The notes beneath the pieces are model-generated. The model saw nothing but the letters and a program-made list of their open reading frames with translations, made no database searches and was not told the origin of the DNA. Below, one piece after another: positions 9,990-18,181 of a DNA stretch of 64,000 bases. Every line of letters starts with the position of its first letter. The first letter of the stretch is position 1. The stretch covers positions 22,899 through 86,898 of the forward strand of contig JAFYWK010000008.1 in assembly GCA_017558065.1 (NCBI GenBank). Direction: 5' to 3'. The position numbers and the translations under genes were made by a program. Origin of the DNA: Paludibacteraceae bacterium. Lineage in GTDB: Bacteria; Bacteroidota; Bacteroidia; Bacteroidales; Paludibacteraceae.

Positions 9990-10874
9990 TTAGTTGATTA
10001 CAATTGGTTTAGAAACAGTCTGACTGTATGTACCCTTCACGTCATACACACGCAGCACCGCATCCAGTGAATAGTTGCGCTTGTAAGTTACGTCGAACTT
10101 AGCTTCTGCATTCTTAATCAGCGCCTCAAATGGTACTTTCTCCCAATAGTAATTCATAGAATCCATTACCCAAGGTTCTACAAAGATTGAGTCTTTGCCA
10201 CCAACCGCAGCACCTTTCAAGGTATCCATTGGGAAGTGGTAATATTTAGCCACTGTAGAGTCAGAAGATACATTCCAGTTGTAAGATGAGTCGGTATAGA
10301 GCGAGAAATCGGTCAAGAAACCCAACTTAGGATATTGCGCTGCATAAACGGCATAAGTCATTTTCTTTTTCACCTCATCCTTGAAGTGTTGCATATAACC
10401 TTCGCCGAAGTAAGTAATCATCTTGGCAGAGTCAAACTCAGTAGGTTGTACCCATGTGAGTGGAGACAACGTACCGCTGACTGGGAATGTACCGCTGAAA
10501 GTATATGCATGCAAAGAATCATTGTAATATTCCTCAAGGTGAGGGTACTCTGCGATGTATTGCAGCACACGTTTCTGTGTGGTTACTGAGCTGATTTCAG
10601 AGTAAGTCAGCCATGAGCAGTTCACAGTCTTATCCAGTGTCTCGCTGATGCTGTACCAAGCTTCAGAGTGGGAGATTTGCTCCACCGCAGAATAGTATTG
10701 AGCAGTGAATCCCATCGCGCCACCCGCTTTGACTGCGGAACTCTCGATTTCCCAATACGCCTCAGGTCCCACAGCACCTGTGATGGTATTGTCATCAATG
10801 AAATCGTGTTTCTCGCACGCTGCAAAAGCCACTACCAAGGTAGCCATTGCCATTATTTGAAATATCTTTTTCAT
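9990..10874 (-). CDS. PUL-associated lipoprotein, unknown function
   Basis: The track ORF starts at 10913, but that ATG lies inside the SusD C-terminal codons (gaATGgaagtaa). The ATG at 10874 gives MKKIFQIMAMATLVVAFAAC, a clean lipoprotein signal, 30 nt after the SusD stop. Confidence 0.6.
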   Translation of the reverse strand: MKKIFQIMAMATLVVAFAACEKHDFIDDNTITGAVGPEAYWEIESSAVKAGGAMGFTAQYYSAVEQISHSEAWYSISETLDKTVNCSWLTYSEISSVTTQKRVLQYIAEYPHLEEYYNDSLHAYTFSGTFPVSGTLSPLTWVQPTEFDSAKMITYFGEGYMQHFKDEVKKKMTYAVYAAQYPKLGFLTDFSLYTDSSYNWNVSSDSTVAKYYHFPMDTLKGAAVGGKDSIFVEPWVMDSMNYYWEKVPFEALIKNAEAKFDVTYKRNYSLDAVLRVYDVKGTYSQTVSKPIVIN

Positions 10875-10903
10875 ATCTTTATTAGTATTTTCCTCGTTGA
10901 TAA

Positions 10904-12778
10904 TTACTTCCATTCAATATTATTGGAGCATACCACTTTATCGTTGTTCTTATGCGCCCAAATCATACGTCTTTTCAGTACGTTGAAGTCCAAAATCTTC
11001 TCACCAGCAGCGTTGGTGGTGTAATAACCGATACGGTCCAACTCTTTCTTGTTGTACTTGGTCTCAGTCTCGGTATCAGCATTCAAACGTGCTACCCATG
11101 CATTGGGTGACAAACCTTCTGCTTCGTCCACGCCGTTGGCATAGTCTTCAGGTGTGCACCAATATGCTTCGTACAAGTTATAAGGACGACGCAATGAATA
11201 GGTATTAGGATTACCTTGCTTGTCATAGAAGTTCACAGAGTCACTCTTCAATGGGTCACGGTGCGAGAATTGCGCAGGCACACCATTGTGAACATGCTTC
11301 ACAGTATAAACATACACTGGTTGGCTGGTTTTAGGATCATAGTATGCAATACCATTGGTCGAAGAACTGTAGTTGTAGCGACGCATATCGGTCCATTGCT
11401 CAGGTTGGAGATACATAGCCACATACTTTTGTTGCATGATGTCAGCAATATTGAAGTTGTCTTGAATGGTCTTAAACTTGATATCGAAGAAACGTCTGTA
11501 TTGGTTCTTCAAGTTTGTACCCAACGAACCATTGGTAACTTGTGCTTCTGGCATGCCATAACGCTCCATATTGAACTTGGTTGCCTCCATAGTGGTGTTA
11601 TATGCACCTGCATTATCGCCAGCCCAGTATTGTGCCTCCGCCTTGATGAACATCAACTCCTCTTGGGTAATGAGGGCGATGTAACCCGTGTTTTGAGTAT
11701 AAGGGTTGGTCAGGGTGGTAGAAGCATAGAGATCAGGATAGTTGGTCAATTTCTTAGATTGATCCATACCGATATTACTCTCAAGGTGCAACATTGCTCC
11801 CTTCTCAGAAGAGCGTTGCTCAAAAATCTTGGCAGCACGAGGGTCCAATGCGTAACCACGGTTAGCAATAAAGTTCTTATCAATACCACCCAAAATACCG
11901 TGCAAGAAGAAGGTAGTTGGGATAGAAGAAGCCAGACGGTTGTCGCGGCTCTCCCAAGAGTTAATCTTTGGAGCAAAAGGTCCCCATGGACAGTTAGACT
12001 CTGTTACACCACCAGGATAGTAATAGCGTGGCTCTTGCCAGTTGGCATCATTGAGCACATGATCTACCATCTCAATAATCTTGTGGCAGGTAGCAGGCGT
12101 ATTGTCCCAGTTAGGCAACTTACGCAACCAGAGACGTGCTTGGATAGCGCGGCAATACATTTCCCATTTCTTCATATCACCCGCATAGATGCGATCCATC
12201 TTCTCGGTGATAGGCAAATTGGTAGGGCAGTTTACCCAAGTAGGGTCGTTGTAGAGACGAATCAGCTCTTCTGCCTCAGCAAACATCCAATCGTACACCT
12301 CTTGTTGTGAGTCATACTTAGGAGCTGCAGATTGATACACCTCTGAGCGAGGCATATCGCCGAAAGCATCGGTAGTAAAAAGAGTAGATGCCAGCATGAC
12401 GGTACGACCGATGAGGATAGCGTTGCGGTTGCCATTCTCCTCTGCAATCTCGTTCATCTTCTTGATGTTAGCACCCAGGTCATAGAAGTGGCGGCGCCAC
12501 ATAGGGTGACGGTTCACACCGAGGAACTCCCAACCTTGGCTATATGGATAGCTACCTGTCTGGCTCTTACCACTGGTAGTGAGTGCTTGTGATAGATAGA
12601 CACCATACTCAGCGTGGTCATAGCATATTTGCGATGCATAGAAACAAGCCACAGGCAACACTTGGTCCACCGATGTTGTGATAGGAGAATCCTTGGTGGT
12701 ATTCACATTCAAGAAATCCTCGCAACTGGTGAGAAACATTGCTCCTAAAAGAGCGGGTATTATAAATAACTTTTTCAT
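10904..12778 (-). CDS. SusD/RagB-family nutrient-binding outer-membrane lipoprotein
   Basis: 624-aa ORF. Lipoprotein signal MKKLFIIPALLGAMFLTSC. Placed immediately after a SusC-like gene, with TPR-like helical content typical of SusD. Confidence 0.85.
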   Translation of the reverse strand: MKKLFIIPALLGAMFLTSCEDFLNVNTTKDSPITTSVDQVLPVACFYASQICYDHAEYGVYLSQALTTSGKSQTGSYPYSQGWEFLGVNRHPMWRRHFYDLGANIKKMNEIAEENGNRNAILIGRTVMLASTLFTTDAFGDMPRSEVYQSAAPKYDSQQEVYDWMFAEAEELIRLYNDPTWVNCPTNLPITEKMDRIYAGDMKKWEMYCRAIQARLWLRKLPNWDNTPATCHKIIEMVDHVLNDANWQEPRYYYPGGVTESNCPWGPFAPKINSWESRDNRLASSIPTTFFLHGILGGIDKNFIANRGYALDPRAAKIFEQRSSEKGAMLHLESNIGMDQSKKLTNYPDLYASTTLTNPYTQNTGYIALITQEELMFIKAEAQYWAGDNAGAYNTTMEATKFNMERYGMPEAQVTNGSLGTNLKNQYRRFFDIKFKTIQDNFNIADIMQQKYVAMYLQPEQWTDMRRYNYSSSTNGIAYYDPKTSQPVYVYTVKHVHNGVPAQFSHRDPLKSDSVNFYDKQGNPNTYSLRRPYNLYEAYWCTPEDYANGVDEAEGLSPNAWVARLNADTETETKYNKKELDRIGYYTTNAAGEKILDFNVLKRRMIWAHKNNDKVVCSNNIEWK

Positions 12779-12799
12779 ATTCCTTAATCAATTATAGGG

Positions 12800-15700
12800 T
12801 TAGAAAGAAGCAGTCAAACTGAGGTTGTAGCTGCGTGTGTTAGGAATTGGGGTATTGTCAATACCTGCAGAACCTGTACCACCTTGACCTGTAGATGCGT
12901 TGCAGACAGGGTCAGTTCCAGTATATTTGGTGAGCACGAAGACATTGTTGCAAGTGAAGTTAAGCTTCAAGCCCTTCAATGCCTTTTGATTCTTCATGAG
13001 TTTAGCAAAATCGTAACCCAATGTCACGTAGCTGAGACGAATGTACGAACCGTCCTCGATGAAGTTGGTAGATACATTGTAGAAGTAGTTGCTGATAGTG
13101 GTGTAGTCAAGCGTAATAGGTGTTCTATTTTGCTCGTAATATACCTTACCATCTGCATCGGTATGCTCGGTCACACCTTCAAACACCACTTGGCGTCCAC
13201 GGTATTGCTCAAGCATCTTATGATTACCATTGGAGATGAGGTTACGACCTGTCACGTTGAGCACATCACCACCGAGACGACCATCAAAGAGGAATGAGAA
13301 TTGTACGCCGTAGATATTCATGCTACTGCTCAAACCAGCTTGGAACTTCGCTTCACGGTTACCGATAAGTTCGTTCTTGTTAGGATTAATCTTTGGATAA
13401 CCATTAGCGTCCACAATGACTTGACCATCGGCATTGCGTTGATAATCCTTACCCGTGAGCGCGGTAGTTGAACCACCGAGGTATGCAGAAGTAAAGACGT
13501 CACCATATTGAGGACCAGTAATCTCGTGTACGTCCTCTGGCAGACCTACCACCTTACCGCGGTTGAGACCGAAGTTGAGGCCGAGGGTCCAGTTGAGGTT
13601 CTTACGTTTGAGAACGTCTTGCTCCAATGTAAATTCCACACCTTGGTTAGTAATCACACCCTCGTTACGTGTTTGGAGAATGTAACCAGAAGATGGAGAT
13701 ACACGCACGGTCACGATTTGGTTGTCCACCTTGGTATTGTAGTATGCCACATCAAGGCGAGTCTTGTTGTCAAAGAACTTGATATCCATACCAACCTCCC
13801 ATGAGTATGACATCTCAGGTTGCAAGTCGCGCGATGCAGATGACATGGTAGGATCGATACCATAACCACCATCTGGATATGTACCAAATTGCTTGAATCG
13901 GCGGTCATAGAGGTATGCAGGAGCATCCTTACCTACTACAGCATAGTTACCACGCAGCTTCCAGTATGAGAACCAGTTGTTCTTTGTCTCATTGAGACCA
14001 GGAATCAACTCAGAGAGGATGATACCACCGGTAACAGAAGGATAGAAGAATGGGTTGTTGTTGATGGTAGAAGACCAGTCCCAACGACCTGTCACAGACA
14101 GTGATGCCAAGCCCTTATAATCACCACGGATCTCACCAAAGTAACCAAAACGGCGGCGACCACTGTGACCCAATGTACGGTCGGTCAGATATACCTCATC
14201 TTTATTGGTATTAGAGAGGCTATACGTACCAGGGATAATGAAGTCCACGCCGTAAACAGATGTAGAGAAGCCCTCTGACATCTTGAGCTCGGCACCCGCC
14301 ATCACGTCAATAGAGAAGTCCTTAGGCAACTCAATCTTATAAGTGGCATTCACACCTGCTGTGAAGAGTTGGCTGCGACCTGTAGATGCTGAGATAGCAC
14401 CAAAACTGGACTTACTCATATTCTTCACATCATCACTTGTCAAGATATAGTTGTATGGATACTCATTCACCAACCACTCTGCATAATCCACATATGACAA
14501 AGAATCCTTCAAGAATTGGTTACGTTGTGCTTGATAGTCCTTCATAGCCGCCTCGTAGTTAGCTTGGCAGATAGGACAATCATGTGCTGTACCACACTTA
14601 GGACACTTATTCTTCTCAGAATCAGGAGCCACTGGGATTGTAGGCGCTGTAGGTTTAGAAACCGAAGGACGCACATATGTATCATCCCAACGTGGAACAG
14701 AATAGCTCTCTGATGTAGTATTCTTGATATCGTAGCTCACACGACCCACGATTTGCAAGTTCTTCACAGGTTTAAGGGTTACACTACCGTTGATGACATT
14801 ACGAGTTGCCTTCGCCACACCACCATCGTTGTAGATACCATACAATGGGCTCACAGGCGCATTGTATTTCTCAATATCTGGCAAATAGCGGAAACGTGGG
14901 AAGCCATCCTCACGTTGATAATCAGTCATATCATCGGTAATAGGCCAGCTATATGCAGAACCCACACCACCGGTAGAACGTGACTTAGTATCACTAATAT
15001 TGATATTCATAGCAAAAGTCACCCAATCAGCAGGCGAAAACTGCGCCTTGATGAGTGCACCAAAACGTTGCTTATAATCCTCAGGAATGATACCCTCTGA
15101 CTTAGACCAGTTAGCAGAAGCATATGCTTGGAACTTCTCGCTACCACCATTGACAGAGAAATCGTATTTCTGATAGAATCCCGTCTTGAGGAAATTGCCG
15201 ATATTGTCATAAATCTGCTGATCATCGCTGAGCAATGGACCCCAACCGCCTGATGTCTTATCGCGGTAGAAACCTTGTGAACCAGGCATATAGGTATCTT
15301 GCAACTCAGGCAAGCGAGTAGGAGTATCCCACTGCCAGCTACCGTTGGCTTGTACCTTAATCTTACCCGCCTCACCTTGCTTGGTAGTAATCATGATGAC
15401 ACCATTGGCAGCATCCTGACCATACAAAGCGGCAGCAGCAGCACCCTTCAACACGGTGATATTCTCAATATCGTTAGGGTTGATATCCGCAGCAGCAGTA
15501 GCACCACCATTAACAGGCACACCGTCAAGGATAAAGAGAGGCTCGTTGCTCTGGCTATTATTGACAGATGAAATACCACGGATGATAATTTGGCTACCCG
15601 AGTTAGGCGAACCACCAGCGTTAGTCACAGACACACCGGCAATCTTACCTTGGAGCGAATTAACGAAGTTGGAGTTTTGAGACTCATTCAGCGACTCACC

Positions 15701-16069
15701 ACCGATGTTTTGCACAGCGAAGTTCAAGCGTTTCTTCTCTTGAACCACACCCATAGCTGTTACCACAACTTCTTCCATTGCGATAGCATCAGCACTTAGG
15801 CGAATATCCATCTGAGGGCCTGTCACCTTCACCTCTTGGGTCTTCAAACCCACATAACTTACCACCAGAACAGCACCGTCTTGTACCGTCAATTCATACA
15901 TACCATCAAAATCGGTAATCGTACCGTTTGATGTACCTTTCTCGAGAACAGATGCACCAATAACTGGCAAACCATCCTCCGTAGAAATAACCACACCACT
16001 CACCGTGACGCTTGCCATCATAGCAACCGACAACAACGAGCATGTTAGCACAAAGAGTAGTTTCTTCAT
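12800..16069 (-). CDS. SusC/RagA-family TonB-dependent outer-membrane transporter (with an unusual ~85-aa Cys-containing loop insertion)
   Basis: 1089-aa ORF. N-terminal carboxypeptidase-regulatory-like domain (VSGVVISTEDGLPVIGASVLEKGTSNGTITDFDGMYEL). Plug motifs (IIIRGISSVN, PLFILDGVP). C-terminal ...SYNLSLTASF barrel end. Confidence 0.9.
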   Translation of the reverse strand: MKKLLFVLTCSLLSVAMMASVTVSGVVISTEDGLPVIGASVLEKGTSNGTITDFDGMYELTVQDGAVLVVSYVGLKTQEVKVTGPQMDIRLSADAIAMEEVVVTAMGVVQEKKRLNFAVQNIGGESLNESQNSNFVNSLQGKIAGVSVTNAGGSPNSGSQIIIRGISSVNNSQSNEPLFILDGVPVNGGATAAADINPNDIENITVLKGAAAAALYGQDAANGVIMITTKQGEAGKIKVQANGSWQWDTPTRLPELQDTYMPGSQGFYRDKTSGGWGPLLSDDQQIYDNIGNFLKTGFYQKYDFSVNGGSEKFQAYASANWSKSEGIIPEDYKQRFGALIKAQFSPADWVTFAMNINISDTKSRSTGGVGSAYSWPITDDMTDYQREDGFPRFRYLPDIEKYNAPVSPLYGIYNDGGVAKATRNVINGSVTLKPVKNLQIVGRVSYDIKNTTSESYSVPRWDDTYVRPSVSKPTAPTIPVAPDSEKNKCPKCGTAHDCPICQANYEAAMKDYQAQRNQFLKDSLSYVDYAEWLVNEYPYNYILTSDDVKNMSKSSFGAISASTGRSQLFTAGVNATYKIELPKDFSIDVMAGAELKMSEGFSTSVYGVDFIIPGTYSLSNTNKDEVYLTDRTLGHSGRRRFGYFGEIRGDYKGLASLSVTGRWDWSSTINNNPFFYPSVTGGIILSELIPGLNETKNNWFSYWKLRGNYAVVGKDAPAYLYDRRFKQFGTYPDGGYGIDPTMSSASRDLQPEMSYSWEVGMDIKFFDNKTRLDVAYYNTKVDNQIVTVRVSPSSGYILQTRNEGVITNQGVEFTLEQDVLKRKNLNWTLGLNFGLNRGKVVGLPEDVHEITGPQYGDVFTSAYLGGSTTALTGKDYQRNADGQVIVDANGYPKINPNKNELIGNREAKFQAGLSSSMNIYGVQFSFLFDGRLGGDVLNVTGRNLISNGNHKMLEQYRGRQVVFEGVTEHTDADGKVYYEQNRTPITLDYTTISNYFYNVSTNFIEDGSYIRLSYVTLGYDFAKLMKNQKALKGLKLNFTCNNVFVLTKYTGTDPVCNASTGQGGTGSAGIDNTPIPNTRSYNLSLTASF

Positions 16070-16155
16070 AAAGATTAGATTATTTATAATGTTTTTATTG
16101 TTTTTGCCATTTTGTAAAATACTCGGACATCATATTTCTTTCCCCTAATCGGCGG

Positions 16156-16187
16156 CAAAGTTACGAAAAATAATCGACATTTCCAAA
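16156..16187 (-). promoter_or_regulatory. consensus Bacteroidota promoter for the SusC operon (-33 TTTG / -7 TAACTTTG)
   Basis: The minus strand reads TTTG (16187-16184), 20 nt of spacer, then TAACTTTG (16163-16156), about 87 nt upstream of the SusC ATG. It is flanked by a direct repeat TACGAAAAA(A)TAA at 16162-16173 and 16192-16204. Confidence 0.55.
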
Positions 16188-16220
16188 TATCTACGAAAAA
16201 ATAACATTTTTTATCCTTCA

Positions 16221-17048
16221 TCACTCCTCAGCAGAAGCAGCACGATAAGCGTCCATCGCTTTCTTCACACTGCCGTGCAACAGGAGCAAGTCCTTGGCCT
16301 TGTCATAGTCCAAGCCCAACTCATCAACGAGCATACGCGTACCACGATCCACAAGTTTCTTGTTGCTCAGCTGCATATTCACCATCTTATTGCCCTTCAC
16401 ACGGCCCATCTTAATCATAGTGATAGTGGTAATCATGTTGCAGACCAGTTTTTGCGCTGTACCTGACTTCAGGCGAGTAGAACCCGTCACAAACTCAGGA
16501 CCCACCAATGGCTCAATAGCAATCTCCGCCACTTGACCTACAGGCGAGCCTGGATTGCAAGAAACAGATGCTGTCAAGCAACCAAACTCACGTGCGCGCT
16601 CGAGCGCGCCTATTACATAAGGTGTAGTACCCGAAGCTGCAATACCTACCACAGTATCTAAGGTGGTGATATTATGCTCCAGCAACTCCTTCCACGATTT
16701 CTCAGGATCGTCCTCAGCGTTCTCCACAGGATTACGCAACGCATGATCACCACCTGCAATCAATCCAATCACAAACGATGGTGGCATACCAAATGTAGGA
16801 GGAATCTCGCTGGCATCCAGCACGCCCAAACGACCACTGGTACCCGCGCCCATGTAGAAGATACGACCGCCTTTTTGCATGCGCTCCACAATACCCTCTA
16901 CCAATTTCTCTATTTGAGGAATACACTCTTTGACAGCCAAAGCCACCTTCTGATCTTCCTCATTCATCTCGTGCAGTAATTCGCCCACCGATTTCTGATC
17001 CAGATTATCGTGCAGCGAACTCTGCTCGGTTATTTTTACAAAATCCAT
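16221..17048 (-). CDS. murQ: N-acetylmuramic acid 6-phosphate etherase
   Basis: 275-aa ORF. SIS-domain motifs IFYMGAGTSGRLGVLDASE and VGIAASGTTPYVIGAL. The C-terminal helical region is typical of MurQ. Confidence 0.85.
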   Translation of the reverse strand: MDFVKITEQSSLHDNLDQKSVGELLHEMNEEDQKVALAVKECIPQIEKLVEGIVERMQKGGRIFYMGAGTSGRLGVLDASEIPPTFGMPPSFVIGLIAGGDHALRNPVENAEDDPEKSWKELLEHNITTLDTVVGIAASGTTPYVIGALERAREFGCLTASVSCNPGSPVGQVAEIAIEPLVGPEFVTGSTRLKSGTAQKLVCNMITTITMIKMGRVKGNKMVNMQLSNKKLVDRGTRMLVDELGLDYDKAKDLLLLHGSVKKAMDAYRAASAEE

Positions 17049-17061
17049 AATTCGTTAATAT

Positions 17062-17919
17062 TTACATTGTAGGAACAACATCTTTCTTATGGTACTCTTT
17101 CAAGCCCTCCATAGGACCTTGCAGAATCTTACCCACTTGGAAGCCATTATCTGCCAATACTTTCTTCAACACATCTTGATAATAATAAGCAATAGAGCCA
17201 ATAAAACCAACTGGCAACGCTGGATATTGTGGCAAAATACGTTTAGCAAAATAATCAAAGTGATCGTAAACAAGTTGTGCAATCAATGGGTTTTCAAGGT
17301 TCTCAGCGCAGAAACGGCTGAGAGAGGCTAAGTAACGATTAGGGAAAGGTTTACGATACACGTTCTCGATAATATCCGCAGCAGTAATGCCATATTGGGT
17401 CAAGAATTTCTCCTTGAGCTCATCGCTCAATTGGTTCTTCAAGAGGTCAGCTACAAGGCGCTTGCCGAGCACCGCACCACTACCCTCGTCACCGAGGATA
17501 AAACCAAGCGCAGGCACATTCTTCTCAATCTCCTTGCCGTTCCAGAGACATGAGTTAGCGCCCGTACCCAAGATACAAGCCACACCCTTCTCACCACCAA
17601 GCAAGCCACAAGCCGCACCTACCATATCAGAGTACACTTCAATCTTAGCGGACTTAAAGATGGCCTCCAAGGCATATTCCACTACTGGAATCTTCTCTGG
17701 AGTACAACCCGCACCATAAAAGAAAATGTTGGTAATACTACCCGCCCACATGGAATGAGCCATCTGAGGAAGAAGCTGATTATTAACACTGTTTTTGATT
17801 GCATCTGAAGTCTGTTGAAATGGATTGATACCATCCGTAAAGAACTCCTCGCAATGACCATTAGCCGCCATCAAACACCAATGTGTCTTAGTCGAACCTG
17901 AATCTGCTATTAAAATCAT
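17062..17919 (-). CDS. BadF/BadG/BcrA/BcrD-type sugar kinase, probable MurNAc/GlcNAc kinase (MurK-like)
   Basis: 285-aa ORF. N-terminal ILIADSGSTKTHWC phosphate-1 motif and ILGTGANS/GDEGSG ASKHA motifs. The stop is 13 nt upstream of murQ, matching the Tannerella murK-murQ arrangement. Confidence 0.7.
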   Translation of the reverse strand: MILIADSGSTKTHWCLMAANGHCEEFFTDGINPFQQTSDAIKNSVNNQLLPQMAHSMWAGSITNIFFYGAGCTPEKIPVVEYALEAIFKSAKIEVYSDMVGAACGLLGGEKGVACILGTGANSCLWNGKEIEKNVPALGFILGDEGSGAVLGKRLVADLLKNQLSDELKEKFLTQYGITAADIIENVYRKPFPNRYLASLSRFCAENLENPLIAQLVYDHFDYFAKRILPQYPALPVGFIGSIAYYYQDVLKKVLADNGFQVGKILQGPMEGLKEYHKKDVVPTM

Positions 17920-18012
17920 ATCTCTTTAATTTGTTTTGTTATTATCGTAATTTTTCTAGTAAAGTAGCGCCCTAAACCATCATCGCGCACATACTACACT
18001 AAAAGTAACTTG

Positions 18013-18020
18013 CAAAGGTA
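18013..18020 (-). promoter_or_regulatory. candidate -7 box (TACCTTTG) for the kinase-murQ unit
   Basis: Plus-strand caaaggta, 94 nt upstream of the ATG at 17919. Confidence 0.4.
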
Positions 18021-18134
18021 CACATTTTTTCTCACACGCGCAATAGCACGTGCGTGTTTTATGTTGTAAAACATATAATTTTTGCTATTTTATTTTTTTT
18101 TCTGCAACCGTTTGCAGGATTCGAATATTTTCCG

Positions 18135-18142
18135 TACCTTTG
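18135..18142 (+). promoter_or_regulatory. candidate -7 box (TACCTTTG) for nagB
   Basis: TACCTTTG lies 40 nt upstream of the ATG at 18182. It is divergent from the kinase promoter. Confidence 0.5.
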
Positions 18143-18181
18143 CAGCACAATATGTAGTATATTCAAAATTCTAAACAGAAC

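Noticed and set aside
3887-12310. Long plus-strand ORFs inside PUL 1 (3887..5218 at 443 aa, 7087..8166 at 359 aa, 11216..12310 at 364 aa, and smaller ones)
   Set aside because: All lie antisense to well-supported minus-strand genes (secreted protein, GHL10, SusD). They are attributed to avoidance of TTA/CTA/TCA codons in those genes.
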